From contig NC_043009.1 in the NCBI RefSeq assembly GCF_006345805.1, positions 38,254,001 to 38,318,000 of the forward strand: a DNA stretch of 64,000 nucleotides. The letters are read 5' to 3'. The first letter of the stretch is position 1, and every line of letters starts with the position of its first letter. Made by a program: the position numbers and the translations under genes. The stretch comes from Octopus sinensis. Taxonomy: Eukaryota. The notes below the pieces were generated by a model. The model did not search any database, was not told where the DNA came from, and saw nothing but the letters and a program-made list of their open reading frames with translations. Positions 13,424-26,574 of the stretch are shown one piece after another.

Positions 13424-14245
13424 GTATGCATACAGACACAGACACGTAGATAAAAGCGTACTTAAGTAAAATGATGAAGATTATTACGAGGTAAGTTGAA
13501 GAGAAGGCGACAGACAAATAATATACGAAGTTAGGCAAATCACGCGATAGAAAATTCGTAAAAAAAAAGAAAATAAAGAAAACAGTTGCAATCAAAGAAT
13601 ATGTACAATGAAAATCACATCTACTCACTCATAGACACACACACGTTAACTATCTATTACGTATCGTGACTCAGCAGCCACTTCATTTAAGAAGACTCCT
13701 TGAATCACGGGTTTTTAGCTGATAAAAAGTGAACAATCTTAAGAATAATATCGACGCCTAATCTGGACCTCGTCTTCAACAAGCATCCAGTCTCACACAG
13801 CTTCGACTGGATCAGACAAATCTAATAAAAATACGAGATACGAGATGACTATTTTGTTCAGCTGTCATAATACAAGATCGATATTTGTATCATGATTGAC
13901 TTGAAAAATATAAATTATTGTTTGAATTACTTATTGAGAAAAATCGATAAACAAATTTTTCACTTAACTTACTTATGAAAGAAGCACAAGTAGTAGTCAA
14001 GATAGAATTTCAAGATTTAGTTTCCGTCTTTTTATAGGCAAGAGTGTTAGGAAGGTCATTTAAGATATTTTATACAATGAACATGTCGAGGAGAAATTTA
14101 GAATTTCAATAAGAAGATAGTGGAGATGAGTGATTAATATTTCAAAAACCTGATTCAAAGATATCTGAAGATATGATTCTACTAACTTCAGCCGTAGTAG
14201 CATCTCTCTCTCCCTCCCTGCCCCACTCTCTCTCTATGTATGTAT

Positions 14246-14276
<31 letters not shown>

Positions 14277-14413
14277 GACTGTGTTATACAATCAGTTCCC
14301 TTATACATATATACATACATACGTACGTACATACATACATACTGATATATATATATATATAAATATAAACACGAGCATATATATGAATATATAAACACAT
14401 TTACATACGTGTC

Positions 14414-14515
<102 letters not shown>

Positions 14516-14586
14516 AATATCTATCTACCTATCTATATGGATATCTAGATATTGATATGTAAATATATATGTATATAAGTATGTAT

Positions 14587-14633
<47 letters not shown>

Positions 14634-15502
14634 ATATATAATACCACACCACATATATATATATTATGTATATATATATATGCATATATATATATATAGC
14701 ATATATATACATATATATATATACGTATATATATGGTGTGTATGTATGTATTATATTATATATATATATATATATATATATTTAATATATATCATATATG
14801 CATGCATTTATGAGAATTTCAATTGAAGGAGATTCTAGTTTTAATTTCGTCAATCAAAAAGTATAGTTTGAATTTATTAAGCATAATAAATGAGTTATTA
14901 AAACGTAGAGAACATTCTAGTTTTCCCTCTTTCTCTCTCTCTGTCTCCCTCCCTCACTCCCTCCTCTCTCTCTCTGTCTCCCTTCCTCAGCCTCTACCTC
15001 CCCCCTCTCTCTCTTTTCATTCAACATTTTGTTGCAGAACACCAAAATGTATTTTTCACAATTTTAACAGCACGCAATTGCCATTGTAAAATATTTATTT
15101 TTCTCCAGCCAGATTTCTGTTCAACGTAATTTGTTCAATTAACATCTTTCGTGCAGACCCATTTTTAAATAGACTCTTCTTCTGGTTTATTTGCATGAAA
15201 CTGTTGTCTATTATTATATTTTAACTCCTGTACAAAAAGCAACGTTCTTTTCCTTGAACATTTACGTTCAAATTTAAAAGTTTTGACATAAGCACTTTGG
15301 AAATTAATGGCAAAAAGATGAAAAATCACCGGAGAAATTTAAACCAATTTAGATTCGAAATACGGTTTGATGCGCATATTTTGTCAGACATGCCATCATA
15401 ATAACTATAAATGATCGGTATTGTGATATTATGGGTATTTAACTCCTTGAATACATCCCGCCATTCCTTCACCCATGTGTGTATATATATGCATGCATAA
15501 AT

Positions 15503-15652
15503 GGGTGCAGGACGTCACCGGGTGTGTAAACAACATGAAGTACGAAAACAAACGAGGTAAATACGCAAGCAACGTGAGAAAAATGGAAAACAGGACAAAT
15601 AAACACAGATAACGATCGTTCATCTATCTACTCCCCATGACGTCCTGTATCC
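15503..15652. mobile_element. 150-bp element with inverted ends; its terminus is shared with the unclassified family at 25775 and 53735
   Basis: gggtgcaggacgtca / tgacgtcctgtatcc (13/15 complementary); atgcatatatgggtacaggac-like end. Confidence 0.5.
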
Positions 15653-15666
15653 ATATATGCATATAT

Positions 15667-15743
<77 letters not shown>

Positions 15744-16440
15744 CGTTATCTATATCATTACTTAATTGAATGGTACGCATCTATTTCAAGTAAGTTTATG
15801 TATGTATGTATATAGATATATATGTATATATATATGTGTCTGTATATATATATATACACACACACACGCACATACACCCCCATATATACTCACTCAAACA
15901 TACTGATATATATATATATATATATATATATAGAAAATAGTAAAAAGTGATGTTTATGTTGTCTCAACATAAACATAACGATAACTCTTCTCAACATAAA
16001 CATAACGATGTAAGAAATTTGAAAAGCTGAACGCGAAACCGGTCATTTCGTCTAAATTATGTCATTGTAAGAAAAAAAATTTATAATATTCTTCAGACAT
16101 ATTGACTCAACTATATATTTTTTTACCTTTTAAAACAAGCCTTCTGTAGTTTTTTCACTTTTTACTATCTTTTATATATTCAACCACGTTCTTTCACAAA
16201 CCAACTTTCTCATATATATTATATATATTATCAATTTAGGTAGCAAAAAATTCAGTTAAAAATTTATCGCTACCAGCGGCCTAATGGAAAAGAGAAAATA
16301 GTCAAAGACTAATATGTATAAATATAACATTTAGAATGCCTGAACAGGCCATTCTCCCCCAGAAGAGCAGCATAACTCCACCGCCAGTAGTGTAATTCGG
16401 AAATAAGGTGTGAAAATTTAAAAAACATTTACCCTATTAT

Positions 16441-16537
16441 CTTTATACGATGCATCGTTTCGTTTGTCTTTATGATAGACCAGCTTAATTAAATTAATTA
16501 AGCTGAGCTACCATAGGTCACACTTCATCAGTAAAAG
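16441..16537 (-). ncRNA. Type I hammerhead ribozyme (copy A)
   Basis: Minus: tttta-CTGATGA-a-gtgt...aaac-GAAA-cgatgcatcg-TA-taaag. Palindromic stem III, GUA triplet, predicted cut 16446/16445. Confidence 0.7.
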
Positions 16538-16893
16538 AAACCTGGGAGAGAGAGGATATACACGAGGCTACTGTATCAATGCCTCGGGAATATCGTCTAA
16601 AATTTTCAAGACCAACGATTCGCGCCAAACTTATCGGAAGCATATAACTGCCGATTAAATCTCAGAATTAGTCAGAAAATTATCAATTAGGGTAGCAAAA
16701 AATTCAGTAAAAAATTATCGCTACCGCGGCCTAATGGAAAAGAGAAAATAGTCAAAGACTAAATATGTATAATATAACAATTTAGGAATGCTGAACAGGC
16801 CATTCGTCCACCAGAAAGAGCAGCCATAACTCCAACCGCCAAGTAGTGTAATTCGGAAATAAGGTGAAAATTAAAAACATTTACCCTAATTCA

Positions 16894-16989
16894 CTTTTAT
16901 ACGATGCATCGTTTCGGTGTCTTTAATGATAGACCAGCTTAATTAATAAATTAAGTAGTCTACCATAGGTCACACTTCATCAGTAAAAG
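16894..16989 (-). ncRNA. Type I hammerhead ribozyme (copy B)
   Basis: Minus: ctttta-CTGATGA-a-gtgt...acac-c-GAAA-cgatgcatcg-TA-taaaag. 6-bp perfect stem I; loop II contains an atggtagac/gtctatcat helix; predicted cut 16900/16899. Confidence 0.75.
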
Positions 16990-17169
16990 AAACATGGTGG
17001 ACGAATGGCCTGTTCAGGCCATTCCTAAATTGTTATATTTATATATATATATTTATATATATATCATCATCGTCGTCGTCGCAGGTTCTACTTCGTTTTC
17101 TTGTTTTATGCTTCCTCATTTCTTTCTTGGTTTGTGCTTCTTTATTTCTGTTGTTGCTTTTCAAGGCTG

Positions 17170-17330
17170 GCATCACAAACTTTTGTGTGGAAAAATTGTC
17201 CACAGAGGTCACAACGACACTAAATCCTGGGAGCAGCATAGAACAGAAACAACAGCATGGCGTCACATTATCAAGACCGGCGCAGAACATTTTGAAAAAA
17301 ACATCGCGCGAAGAAATAGAGATAAACGCA
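17170..17330 (+). pseudogene. RTE-clade LINE ORF C-terminal remnant
   Basis: KLLCGKIVHRG...SWEQHRTETTAWRHIIKTGAEHFE...DKR resembles the RTE/BovB C-terminus (K.LLYGEL; WE..A.DR..WR..V..G...FE). Confidence 0.55.
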
Positions 17331-18628
17331 GCACCGATATGTATGTATGTTGCATGAATGTATGTATGTATGATGTATGTTTATATATAGGTATATGATG
17401 TATACAACATGTATATATAATATAGGTATATATATATATTATATTATATATTATATATAATATATGTATATCTATATATATACTATATATATATATATAT
17501 CTCTATTATATTATATATATATATCTATATTATATATATATTATTACGTACATTATATATTTATAAATATACACACACTTATATGTATATATTAATGTTG
17601 TTTTCTGCCAAGTTATATATAAAATCAATTTAACGTTGAGCAAAAAGATTACTAAATACTTCTGAGTAAAGTAGCTATTCATTCAATTTTTGGGATATAT
17701 ATTCTTAACACGTGCAGGCAGGTTCAGACGCAAAATATATGCCTCTCGCTGTAGTGTGTGTCACAGTAAAAAGACTTTACTATGACAGTGAGTTCAACAA
17801 ACTCGGCTTATTGGCGCTCTAAATTCTGGGCGACTGATGTTTGACATGTGTCGTACAGCGATCAGCATATTTTGCATATGTGTCCGTCTAAACATGCCAA
17901 CTAAAACATTACAGCAAGGTTGCGTGATAGTGGTATCAGTTGTGACATGCAGACCATCAAATAACTTCTTTGACATTGCGTTTTTATCCTTCTCTTCTGT
18001 TTTACAAATTCAGGGTGCACATTCTTCGTTTCTCGGCTACTATTCAAAACTGTTTATAGATGACCACCATCTCACGAACTGCGTTTGTGAGGAGCGCTTC
18101 GCGCACCGATGGCTGTGAGAAGATAAATATACGGATAATCATCCCAGATCTCGCTATACCAGGTGTAAATAACGATTTATTTTACATTTTAATTTTTACG
18201 GAAAAAAAAAACGTTTGAGACAGACTTGGAAGTGCCAGCTTGTTCGCTCTCATTAGCGTGAGCAAGCTGAAACATCGAAGTCAGAGGCAACCTTTTGCCT
18301 TGTAAAAGTTCATATATATCTCAAAGTACATATAAAGCTATAAATAATAGCATATGAATATTGGATTGTAACCTCCTCATGGAGTGAAAAAGTCGTAGGC
18401 TGCCAATAGTACACGAACCAACATCTGCTGTAAACATGACAGGCGTTTTACCATTGTACCAAAGTAATCCTCCTATTTTCGATATCCATTTTAGAATCTT
18501 CCTACTTGACAAAATGGTATATTGTTGACGTCATAGTATATATACATACATACATGCATACATACATATATACATACATATATATGTATGTATATATATA
18601 CATACATACATATATACATACATATATA

Positions 18629-18671
<43 letters not shown>

Positions 18672-18849
18672 TTTATCATTATAAACATAATTATAATTAG
18701 GGTTTAGCAAAATTGCTTCACCACATACCGAAATTTAGAAATAGCAGTTAAATACTATTCTACTACCATAAGATATCTCCCAGATAGCAATACTCTCAAC
18801 TCACACAGGCAAAAAGAAAAAAAGAGCGAATCCACCCGGCCTTTGATTA

Positions 18850-18918
18850 ACTATAAACGCGTTTCAGGATTAAAGATTTGTAAAATTAACCATACCTTAT
18901 TTACATCATCAGTATAGT
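18850..18918 (-). ncRNA. Hammerhead-like motif with irregular stem II
   Basis: Minus: actata-CTGATGA-(40 nt)-GAAA-cgcg-TT-tatagt. 6-bp stem I and palindromic stem III, but no canonical 10.1-11.1 pair. Confidence 0.4.
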
Positions 18919-19321
18919 ATTTCAATTATAAATTTGAGAGCACTAGTAATCAATATATTTATTCTACCAAGCGCCATCGAACAAAATTAATATCCAAAAC
19001 CAGTACTTAAAATACAAAGACTCGATTTAGACCAGAAAAATAATTCAGAAGCCTGCATACATAATTATTTAGCGTTTATGTAAATTTAACTATTCTTTGA
19101 GTTGAGTTATTAATTGCTATTATATAAAGATTTAAATGTGTACAGTTATTATTAATTATAAAGTTCCTCAAAGGATTAATACTGTAAACATTTGGAATTT
19201 ATTGGATGGTAAGCTTCCTGAACTTCTTTGAAGCTTAATCAGCCTACCTGGTCTGATCGGATAATGAGTATTCACATAATTATAATAGATGATCAACGTA
19301 TATATATATATATAAATATAA

Positions 19322-19678
19322 CCACATGGTTCCGGGTTCAGTCCCACTGCGTGGCACCTTGGGCAAGTGTCTTCTACTATAGCCTCGGGCCGACCAAAGC
19401 CTTGTGAGTGGATTTGGTAAACGGAAACTGAAAGAAGCCCATCGTAAATATATATGCGTGTATGTTTGTATGTCTATGTTTGTCCCCCCAACATCGCTTG
19501 ACAACCGATGCTGGTGTGTTTATGTCCCCGTCACTTAGCGCGGTTCGGCAAAAGAGACCGATAGAATAAGTACTGGGATTACAAACGAATAAGTCCCGGA
19601 TCGAGTTGCTCGATTAAAGGCGGTGCTCCAACATGGCCGCAGTCAAATGACTGAAACAAGTAAAAGAGTAAAAAAAAA
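19322..19678 (+). mobile_element. SINE family C, 5'-truncated
   Basis: CORE-like ccttgggcaagtgtctt, internal microsatellite, 3' (GAGTAAAA)n tail. Confidence 0.9.
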
Positions 19679-19682
19679 AGAG

Positions 19683-19720
<38 letters not shown>

Positions 19721-20529
19721 GTGGTGTGTGTGGTGTGTGTGTGTTTGTGTGGGGGTGTGAGTGGTATGTGTGTGTGTGTGTGTATAAAGTTTTCAGGATC
19801 CTATAGACTGATGGTATTCAAATAGTAAAAGTACCAAGGCAAAGTCGGAGATAATGCACTTGTGTTGTAACAGTGTTTATCAATAAAGAAAACGATATCT
19901 TTTTTTATATGGCGTAATACTTTTGTTCTTCAATTAAGAGCTTGTCTGAAACAGCTGAAGTGAACCTCAGGCCATCTGTGTTGTTGTTATGTATATATAT
20001 ATATATACATGTGTGTGTGTATGTATATTTGTGTGTGTGTGTGGGTGGGTGTAAGTATATGTATATATGTATGTAGATAGAAGAACCAACCCGAAATTCA
20101 TGAAGTAGTTATGTGATAGTCTCATCAAAAATAAACCCATGGAAACTGTTATTGAATAGTTAATCGCCGTTAGGAGTGAAGAAACAAACGCTTTGGGGCC
20201 TAGCGCTTCATCTATAAGTTGTCTAAGCAGGACAAAATGCTACCACGTCGGTTGTAAGTGTGAGTGGAAAACTTAACATTTATCTGATAATGTGAATAGA
20301 CAGAAGAATCTCATCGTATCAATCGTAAATGTAAATGAATGACTTAACGTTTCGGAGCTTTCGTCTTCATCTGAAAGTTGTGAAGACAGAGGAAATGCTA
20401 ATGCTGTCGTCGTGATTTAGCGAATGAAGAATGGAACGTATATCCAGAATAGAATTGTATGTGTCATGCATAAGATATGAATGTGAATGTTTCTGCAAAA
20501 AGATTAGATACACATAGTGTGCACACGCG

Positions 20530-21130
20530 CAGGTGTGTGTGTATGTGTGTGTATGAGTGCGAGTGTGTGTGGTGTGAGTGTGAGTGTGTGAATGTGATTC
20601 TGAGTTTGGTTATGTGTGTGTGTGTATGTGTGTGTATGAGTGCGAGTGTGTGTGTGTGAGTGTGAGTGTGTGAATGTGATTCTGAGTTTGGTTATGTTGT
20701 GTGTGTGTGTGTGTGTGTGTATGAGTGCGAGTGTGTGTGTGTGAGTGTGAGTGTGTGAATGTGATTCTGAGTTTGGTTATGTGTGTGTGTGTGTGTATGA
20801 GTGCGAGTGTGTGTGTGTGAGTGTGAGTGTGTGAATGTGATTCTGAGCTTGGTTATGTGTGTGTGTGTGTGTTTGTGTATGAGTGCGAGTGTGTGTGTGT
20901 GAGTGTGAGTGTGTGAATGTGATTCTGAGTTTGGTTATGTGTGTGTGTGTATGTGTGTGTATGAGTGCGAGTGTGTGTGTGTGAGTGTGAGTGTGTGAAT
21001 GTGATTCTGAGTTTGGTTATGTGTGTGTGTGTATGTGTGTGTATGAGTGCGAGTGTGTGTGTGTGAGTGTGAGTGTGTGAATGTGATTCTGAGTTTGGTT
21101 ATGTGTGTGTGTGTGTGGTGTGTGTGTGTG
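20530..21130. repeat. ~82-bp minisatellite (7 copies) built on (GT)n
   Basis: gaatgtgattctgag(t/c)ttggttat at 20590, 20672, 20757, 20833, 20915, 20997 and 21079. Confidence 0.9.
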
Positions 21131-21387
21131 TGCACGTCCGTAGTTTAATTTTGTTTTCTTTTATCGAATGCTTTCTGGTTTAGGTTCGAGTCCTGCAATT
21201 TTGCCTAGCACTCCATTTTGTCAGCCTGGAAGGGGGTTAAAAACAAAGTTGACCTCAGCGGGACTGAACCCCAGAACGTAAAATGCCGTAAGAATTAATG
21301 CAGGTTGTTTGCTGCTTCCGACTTTCTTACGATTCTTCAAGCTCACAACCCTTTAACAGGATAGCTACAACATTTCAATGGTTACGC

Positions 21388-21649
21388 CAGTGATTCTCAA
21401 CTAGGGTTCGAATGACCCTTAAGTGTCTATACAATATTTTGTTGTTAATGTTTATGTGCAATAAATTGGTTCTGTTCCTACAATTCACAAAATAGACTTC
21501 CTCATAATACTCTCTCTTTACTCTTTTACTTGTTTCAGTCATCTGACTACGGCCATGCTGGAGAACCGCCTTTAGTCGTGCAAATCAACCCCAGGACTTA
21601 TACACAAACATACACACACATATATATATATATACATATATACGACAGG

Positions 21650-21683
<34 letters not shown>

Positions 21684-22085
21684 CCCACACACACACATAT
21701 ATATATATATACATATATACGAAAGGCTTCTTTCAGCCTCCGTTTACCAAATCCACTCACAAGGCTTTAGTCGGCCCGAGGCTATAGTAGAAGACACTTG
21801 CCTAAGGTGCCACGCAGTGGGACTGAACCCAGAACCATGTGATTGGTAAGCAAGCTACTTACCACACAGCCACTCCTATTTAATTATAAAAATATTATAG
21901 GATTTTGAAGAGGCAGAAAAATATGCTATCACGTCGGTCGTAAAGAGAGTGAAGAAGTTAACGTTTCAGAACGTTGCCCTTCATCTGAAAATATAAAGAA
22001 GCAGGGAATGTATAGCTATGAGGGTGCACCTTAGTAAAATAGGAATCAAAGAGGTCCATGTGTAAAAACTGGTTGAGAACCACTA
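21388..22085. mobile_element. hAT/Charlie-type MITE interrupted by a SINE C copy (~21510-21878)
   Basis: Ends cagtgattctcaact / ggttgagaaccacta match the CAGTGGTTCTCAAC-type TIR also seen at 27556. Confidence 0.55.
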
Positions 22086-23006
22086 GGTTACACGAAGAAA
22101 TTTAAATATCTAGTTCTTATAGAGAGTAAAATGCAAATTATTGATTGTCATATGTTAATGAGATGCTAAAGGAAAGACACAACTTCTACGATCTTGAAAA
22201 GTTTATTGGTTTTGAAAGAGTGGTGAGATAAATTAATTGGATTTTTTTTCTTCTTATTTTGGTAAAAACGGATTAGGAAATGGAAGTGCAAACCTTCTCG
22301 ATATTAATCATCTGTTTAATTAATCCGTGTCAGAATTAGTGGTTAAGTTGGTGATTGATCAATATATCAAATCTAGACTGCTGTTTGTTTTGCTGGCATT
22401 CGCTTGATATATATGTAATTATATAGGTGTATAAGTGTCTGCGCATACATGTATATACGCATTTATGTACGTACGTATGTATATATGTATGTATGTATGT
22501 ATGTATGCATGCATCCATGCATGCATGTATGTATGTATGTATGTATGTATGTATGTATGTATCTATGTATGCATAAATACATATATAAATATATATATAT
22601 GCACACACAGATATGTATAATATATATATCTATGTATACACACAAACGCTCACACACACGTACAAACGCACATATATACACACACTTTCATAAATATATA
22701 AGTGCGCGCGTGTATATGCTTGCGTGCGTGCTTGAAGGTGCGAGGCTTAATATTTGGACTATTGAAGTCACGATCATATGAACGTGGGTTCGATTCCCGG
22801 ATCGGGCGGCACGTTATGTCTTTCAGAAACATAAGCAAGGAACATCATTTCATATTGCCCCTGTGCTTAAGAAGCTCACTTTGCAACCACGCGGTTTCGG
22901 ATACTGTTCCATTGCACGGAACTTTGGGTAAATGTCTTCTACTATGGCCCATTGTCTTGTGAATTAATTTCGTAGTCGAAAACAACATCGAAGCCTGTCG
23001 TATATA

Positions 23007-23778
23007 CGACGGGTGCTGAAAAATTCCTGGCTTTAAGGGTTTCGCGAGAAGCCTGGCTGGAGGCTCAACCTTCCTTGTTCTTTTACAGAGCTTAGAAAAA
23101 CTAAAGGACCGTTTTTATTCTTTTATTTGTTTCAGTTATTTGACTGCGGCCATGCTGGAGCACCGCCTTTAGTCGAGCTAATCGACTCCAGGACTTAATT
23201 CTTTGTAAGCCTAGTACTATCAGTCTCTCTTGCCGAACCGCTAAGTGACGGGGACGTAAACGCACCAGCATTGGTTGTCAAGCGATGTTGGGGGCGACAA
23301 ACACAGACACACACAACATATACATATATATATATATATATAAAGTTAATCCAAACAAGAAAGCACAAAAAAAACACAACAAACCGAGGACGTGGAACAA
23401 ATATAGTATTATTGGACGCTCAGGAAAGAAGGAAAGAAGGAGGGTTTAATGTTTCGAGCGGAGCTCTTCGTCGGAAACATAGGAGAAGGAAAGATCCAGA
23501 GAAGGGAAGACAGAGGAAAAAAATCGCCAACGGTACACACGAGGTCACATTTTGAAAAACACATATATATATACGACGGGCTTCTTTCAGTTTCCGTCTG
23601 CCAAATCCACACACAAGGCTTTGGTCGGCCCGAGGCTATAGTAGAAGACACTTGGCTAAGGTGCTATGCTGTGGAACTGAATCCGGAACCATGTGGTTCG
23701 TAAGAAAGCCAATAAAATTCATCTGATCCTCTTGTATTTTATTTTACTCAAAGCCAGGAACTTTTCAGCACCTCCTCG
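23007..23778. mobile_element. Mariner-type MITE with a nested SINE C (23113-23705) that itself contains an HHR-like element (23342-23560)
   Basis: TIRs cgacgggtgctgaaaaattcctggcttt / aaagccaggaacttttcagcacctcctcg; TA on the left, TG on the right. Confidence 0.75.
23444..23478 (-). ncRNA. Minimal hammerhead-like motif (U4C), CpG-decayed at stem III
   Basis: gttt-CCGACGA-a-gagc-tcc-gctc-GAAA-cat-t-aaac. Confidence 0.4.
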
Positions 23779-24281
23779 TGTGTGTAAATGTATGTGATGT
23801 GTGTGTGTGTGTGTGTGTGTGTCTATGTGCTAATAATTATTCCCCAATCATCTCTTCATAATCGGTGTTGGTTTGTTTATAACCCAGTAACTTAGCGGTT
23901 TGGCAAAAGAACGGATAGAATAAGTATCAGAACTTTAAAACACCGACACCCATTTTTTTCGACTAAAACCCCTTCGTGGCGGTGCCCCCAGCATGGCCAC
24001 ATTCTAAAGACTGTAGTATATAACAGATAAAAGCTAAAAGATAAAAGAGTGATATGGTTTAATATGAACAGAATTTTAGCTGTAATCAATTTTGCTGGAG
24101 TCAGATGAGCGTAACGTTGCCATCTGCTTTACTTTATGGTGAATGTCCAACCAGTGAAAGTTCCAATTTCATTTTTCATACACCGAATGATTTCGAAACC
24201 GTTCAGGATATTGCATCGTATTTTGAGTTTGTACTTTCAGCTGCTCTCTCTCTCTCTCGCGCGCACACACACACACACACA

Positions 24282-24321
<40 letters not shown>

Positions 24322-24581
24322 ACACACACATACCACACACACATACACACACACACATACATACACACACACACGCACACACTCACACACACACACACAC
24401 GCACACACGCACACATACACATACGCACGCGCACATATACATTATGTATATGTATATATGTATGTAAGTATATATATGTGTGTGTATATATATATGCATA
24501 TATATGTGTACCTATATATATATATATTTGTATAAAGAATTTATACGCATATATACGCACATACAAAGTATATATATGTGT

Positions 24582-24617
<36 letters not shown>

Positions 24618-25674
24618 ATGCGTTTGTGCGCATATATGTGTATGCTGCTCCTTATACATGCATGCATACACATGCAAGCATACATACATTCATTCATACA
24701 TATATACATATATACATACATGCATGCATACATACATACATATATACATACGTACACACACTACACACACACACACATTTATATGTATATGTTATATCGT
24801 AATACCCTTATCGTAATATGATGCATATTAGGAGAAGTATGCTGTATTTTTCATTAAAAACTTGCATTTGACAATCTGAAGGTCACAACTATTTCATGCT
24901 AACCAGAACCTCGAGGAGGGACAAAATCTATTTTCAGCATACTTCACTTAATATTATGCAATTGTTGACATTTGCTGTATCTCTTCAACTGGTATGTTCA
25001 GGAGACATTTTAAAAACCAACGTCAAGTCAAGACTATACTATCTCCATTATTGGTAAACAAGCTTTGACTGACGCTAAATATACAATCAGACATTTTGTC
25101 GGTTTTATGAATAGTGTTTCAAATTCTTATGGTTGGATGGAATTTCCGGATATTGAGTTTTAGTTATTTTCATCAGTTTGTGGTCGCTTTGTACAGTTTC
25201 GAAATGTTAGAGAGAATATATAATAAACTCGTTGTTTTCTGTAAGGGCAATGTCATCTTCTGACAAGAGAGTCAGCGAACGGCTAAGAAGGTGATTCATG
25301 CTAACATTATCACCTTTAATGTTGATAAAGGAAAAAAAATTGATCTTTATATTTGAATTCAATTCGAAATCGATTGAACTTTGTTTTATTTCCGTGATAT
25401 CTTTTATATAAATATGTCACGTATAGATATCTTCATATTTCCAATATAATTTATCGATATCGAGACAGGCATGGTTGTCTGGTTAAGAAGCTCGCTTTGC
25501 AACTACGTGGTTTTGGGTTCAGTTTTCAGTGTGAGCTTCTTTGGACAAGTGTCTTTTACTATAGACCCGAACCAACGCAATATCTTATGAGTAAAATGGG
25601 TTGCCTTATATCTTTCCAATAACTGTGTTAAAGGCCTTAGTGTGCCTGTGTATATGTATATATATATAATATTA

Positions 25675-25714
<40 letters not shown>

Positions 25715-25774
25715 TATATATATATATATATATATACATGTAATAATGTACATACCTACATATATATGTATATA

Positions 25775-25970
25775 TACATGCATATATGAGTACAGGACAT
25801 AAAAAAAACGTTGAACACAATGAGAAACAAAAACATAAAAACAATAACATAGAACGAACTTTTTTCAAACAACGATAAAAAAAAAAACAGAGCACAAGAC
25901 ATGCAACACAAGGAATATTCCCCTTCCTCAGTCGTCCCTGTTTCATCTTCTCCGCTTTACGAAGGTAAGG
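25775..25970. mobile_element. Unclassified microsatellite-embedded element (second copy ~53735-53915)
   Basis: Shared atgcatatatg(a/g)gtacaggac...aacacaagga...ccccttc(c/t)tcagtcg...gtttcatct blocks. Confidence 0.6.
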
Positions 25971-26130
25971 ACATATATATTATATATATATATATTATAT
26001 ATTATATATATATATATATATATGAGTGTGTGTGGTGTATGTGTGTAGACTTGTAAACGGAAACTGAAAGAATGTGTATCTATATGTGTATCTCTATATA
26101 TATATGTATGTGCGTGTATATTTTTGTGCG

Positions 26131-26222
<92 letters not shown>

Positions 26223-26528
26223 GACAGTCTTCTTTCAGTTTCTGCATGCCAAATTCACTCAAAAGACATTGAGGCATGGAGCTATAGTAGAAGACATTTC
26301 CTCAAGTGACACGCAGTGGGACTGAACCCGAAACCCCATGCTTACAAAACTAGCTTCTTAGTCACACAGCCACACCTGCGGCTATATGTTATTGTTATGC
26401 AGGATACAATTATGTCTGATATACTGCATTGCTAATTTACTTAACTATTAAAGTAGCAGCGAATGGAAAGCAGTGGGGAGAGGAATAGAGACAAAGAGAG
26501 TGATTAAGAGAGAGAGAGAGAGAGAGAG

Positions 26529-26574
<46 letters not shown>

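Larger units (their letters stand above)
16227..17039 (-). mobile_element. Non-coding ~452-bp tandem unit (1.7 copies) with two hammerheads plus an inverted fragment; retrozyme/PLE-like
   Basis: 16227-16541 matches 16679-16993; 16995-17039 is the reverse complement of 16771-16813; (TA)n on both sides. Confidence 0.8.

Noticed and set aside
17794-17976. Minus-strand peptide with VTTD...LVG.FR, vaguely piggyBac-like
   Set aside because: Too few matching residues to support without a search.
24105-24245. LPSALLYGEC peptide (RTE-like or exon-like)
   Set aside because: Short match that runs into microsatellite; no supporting neighbours.
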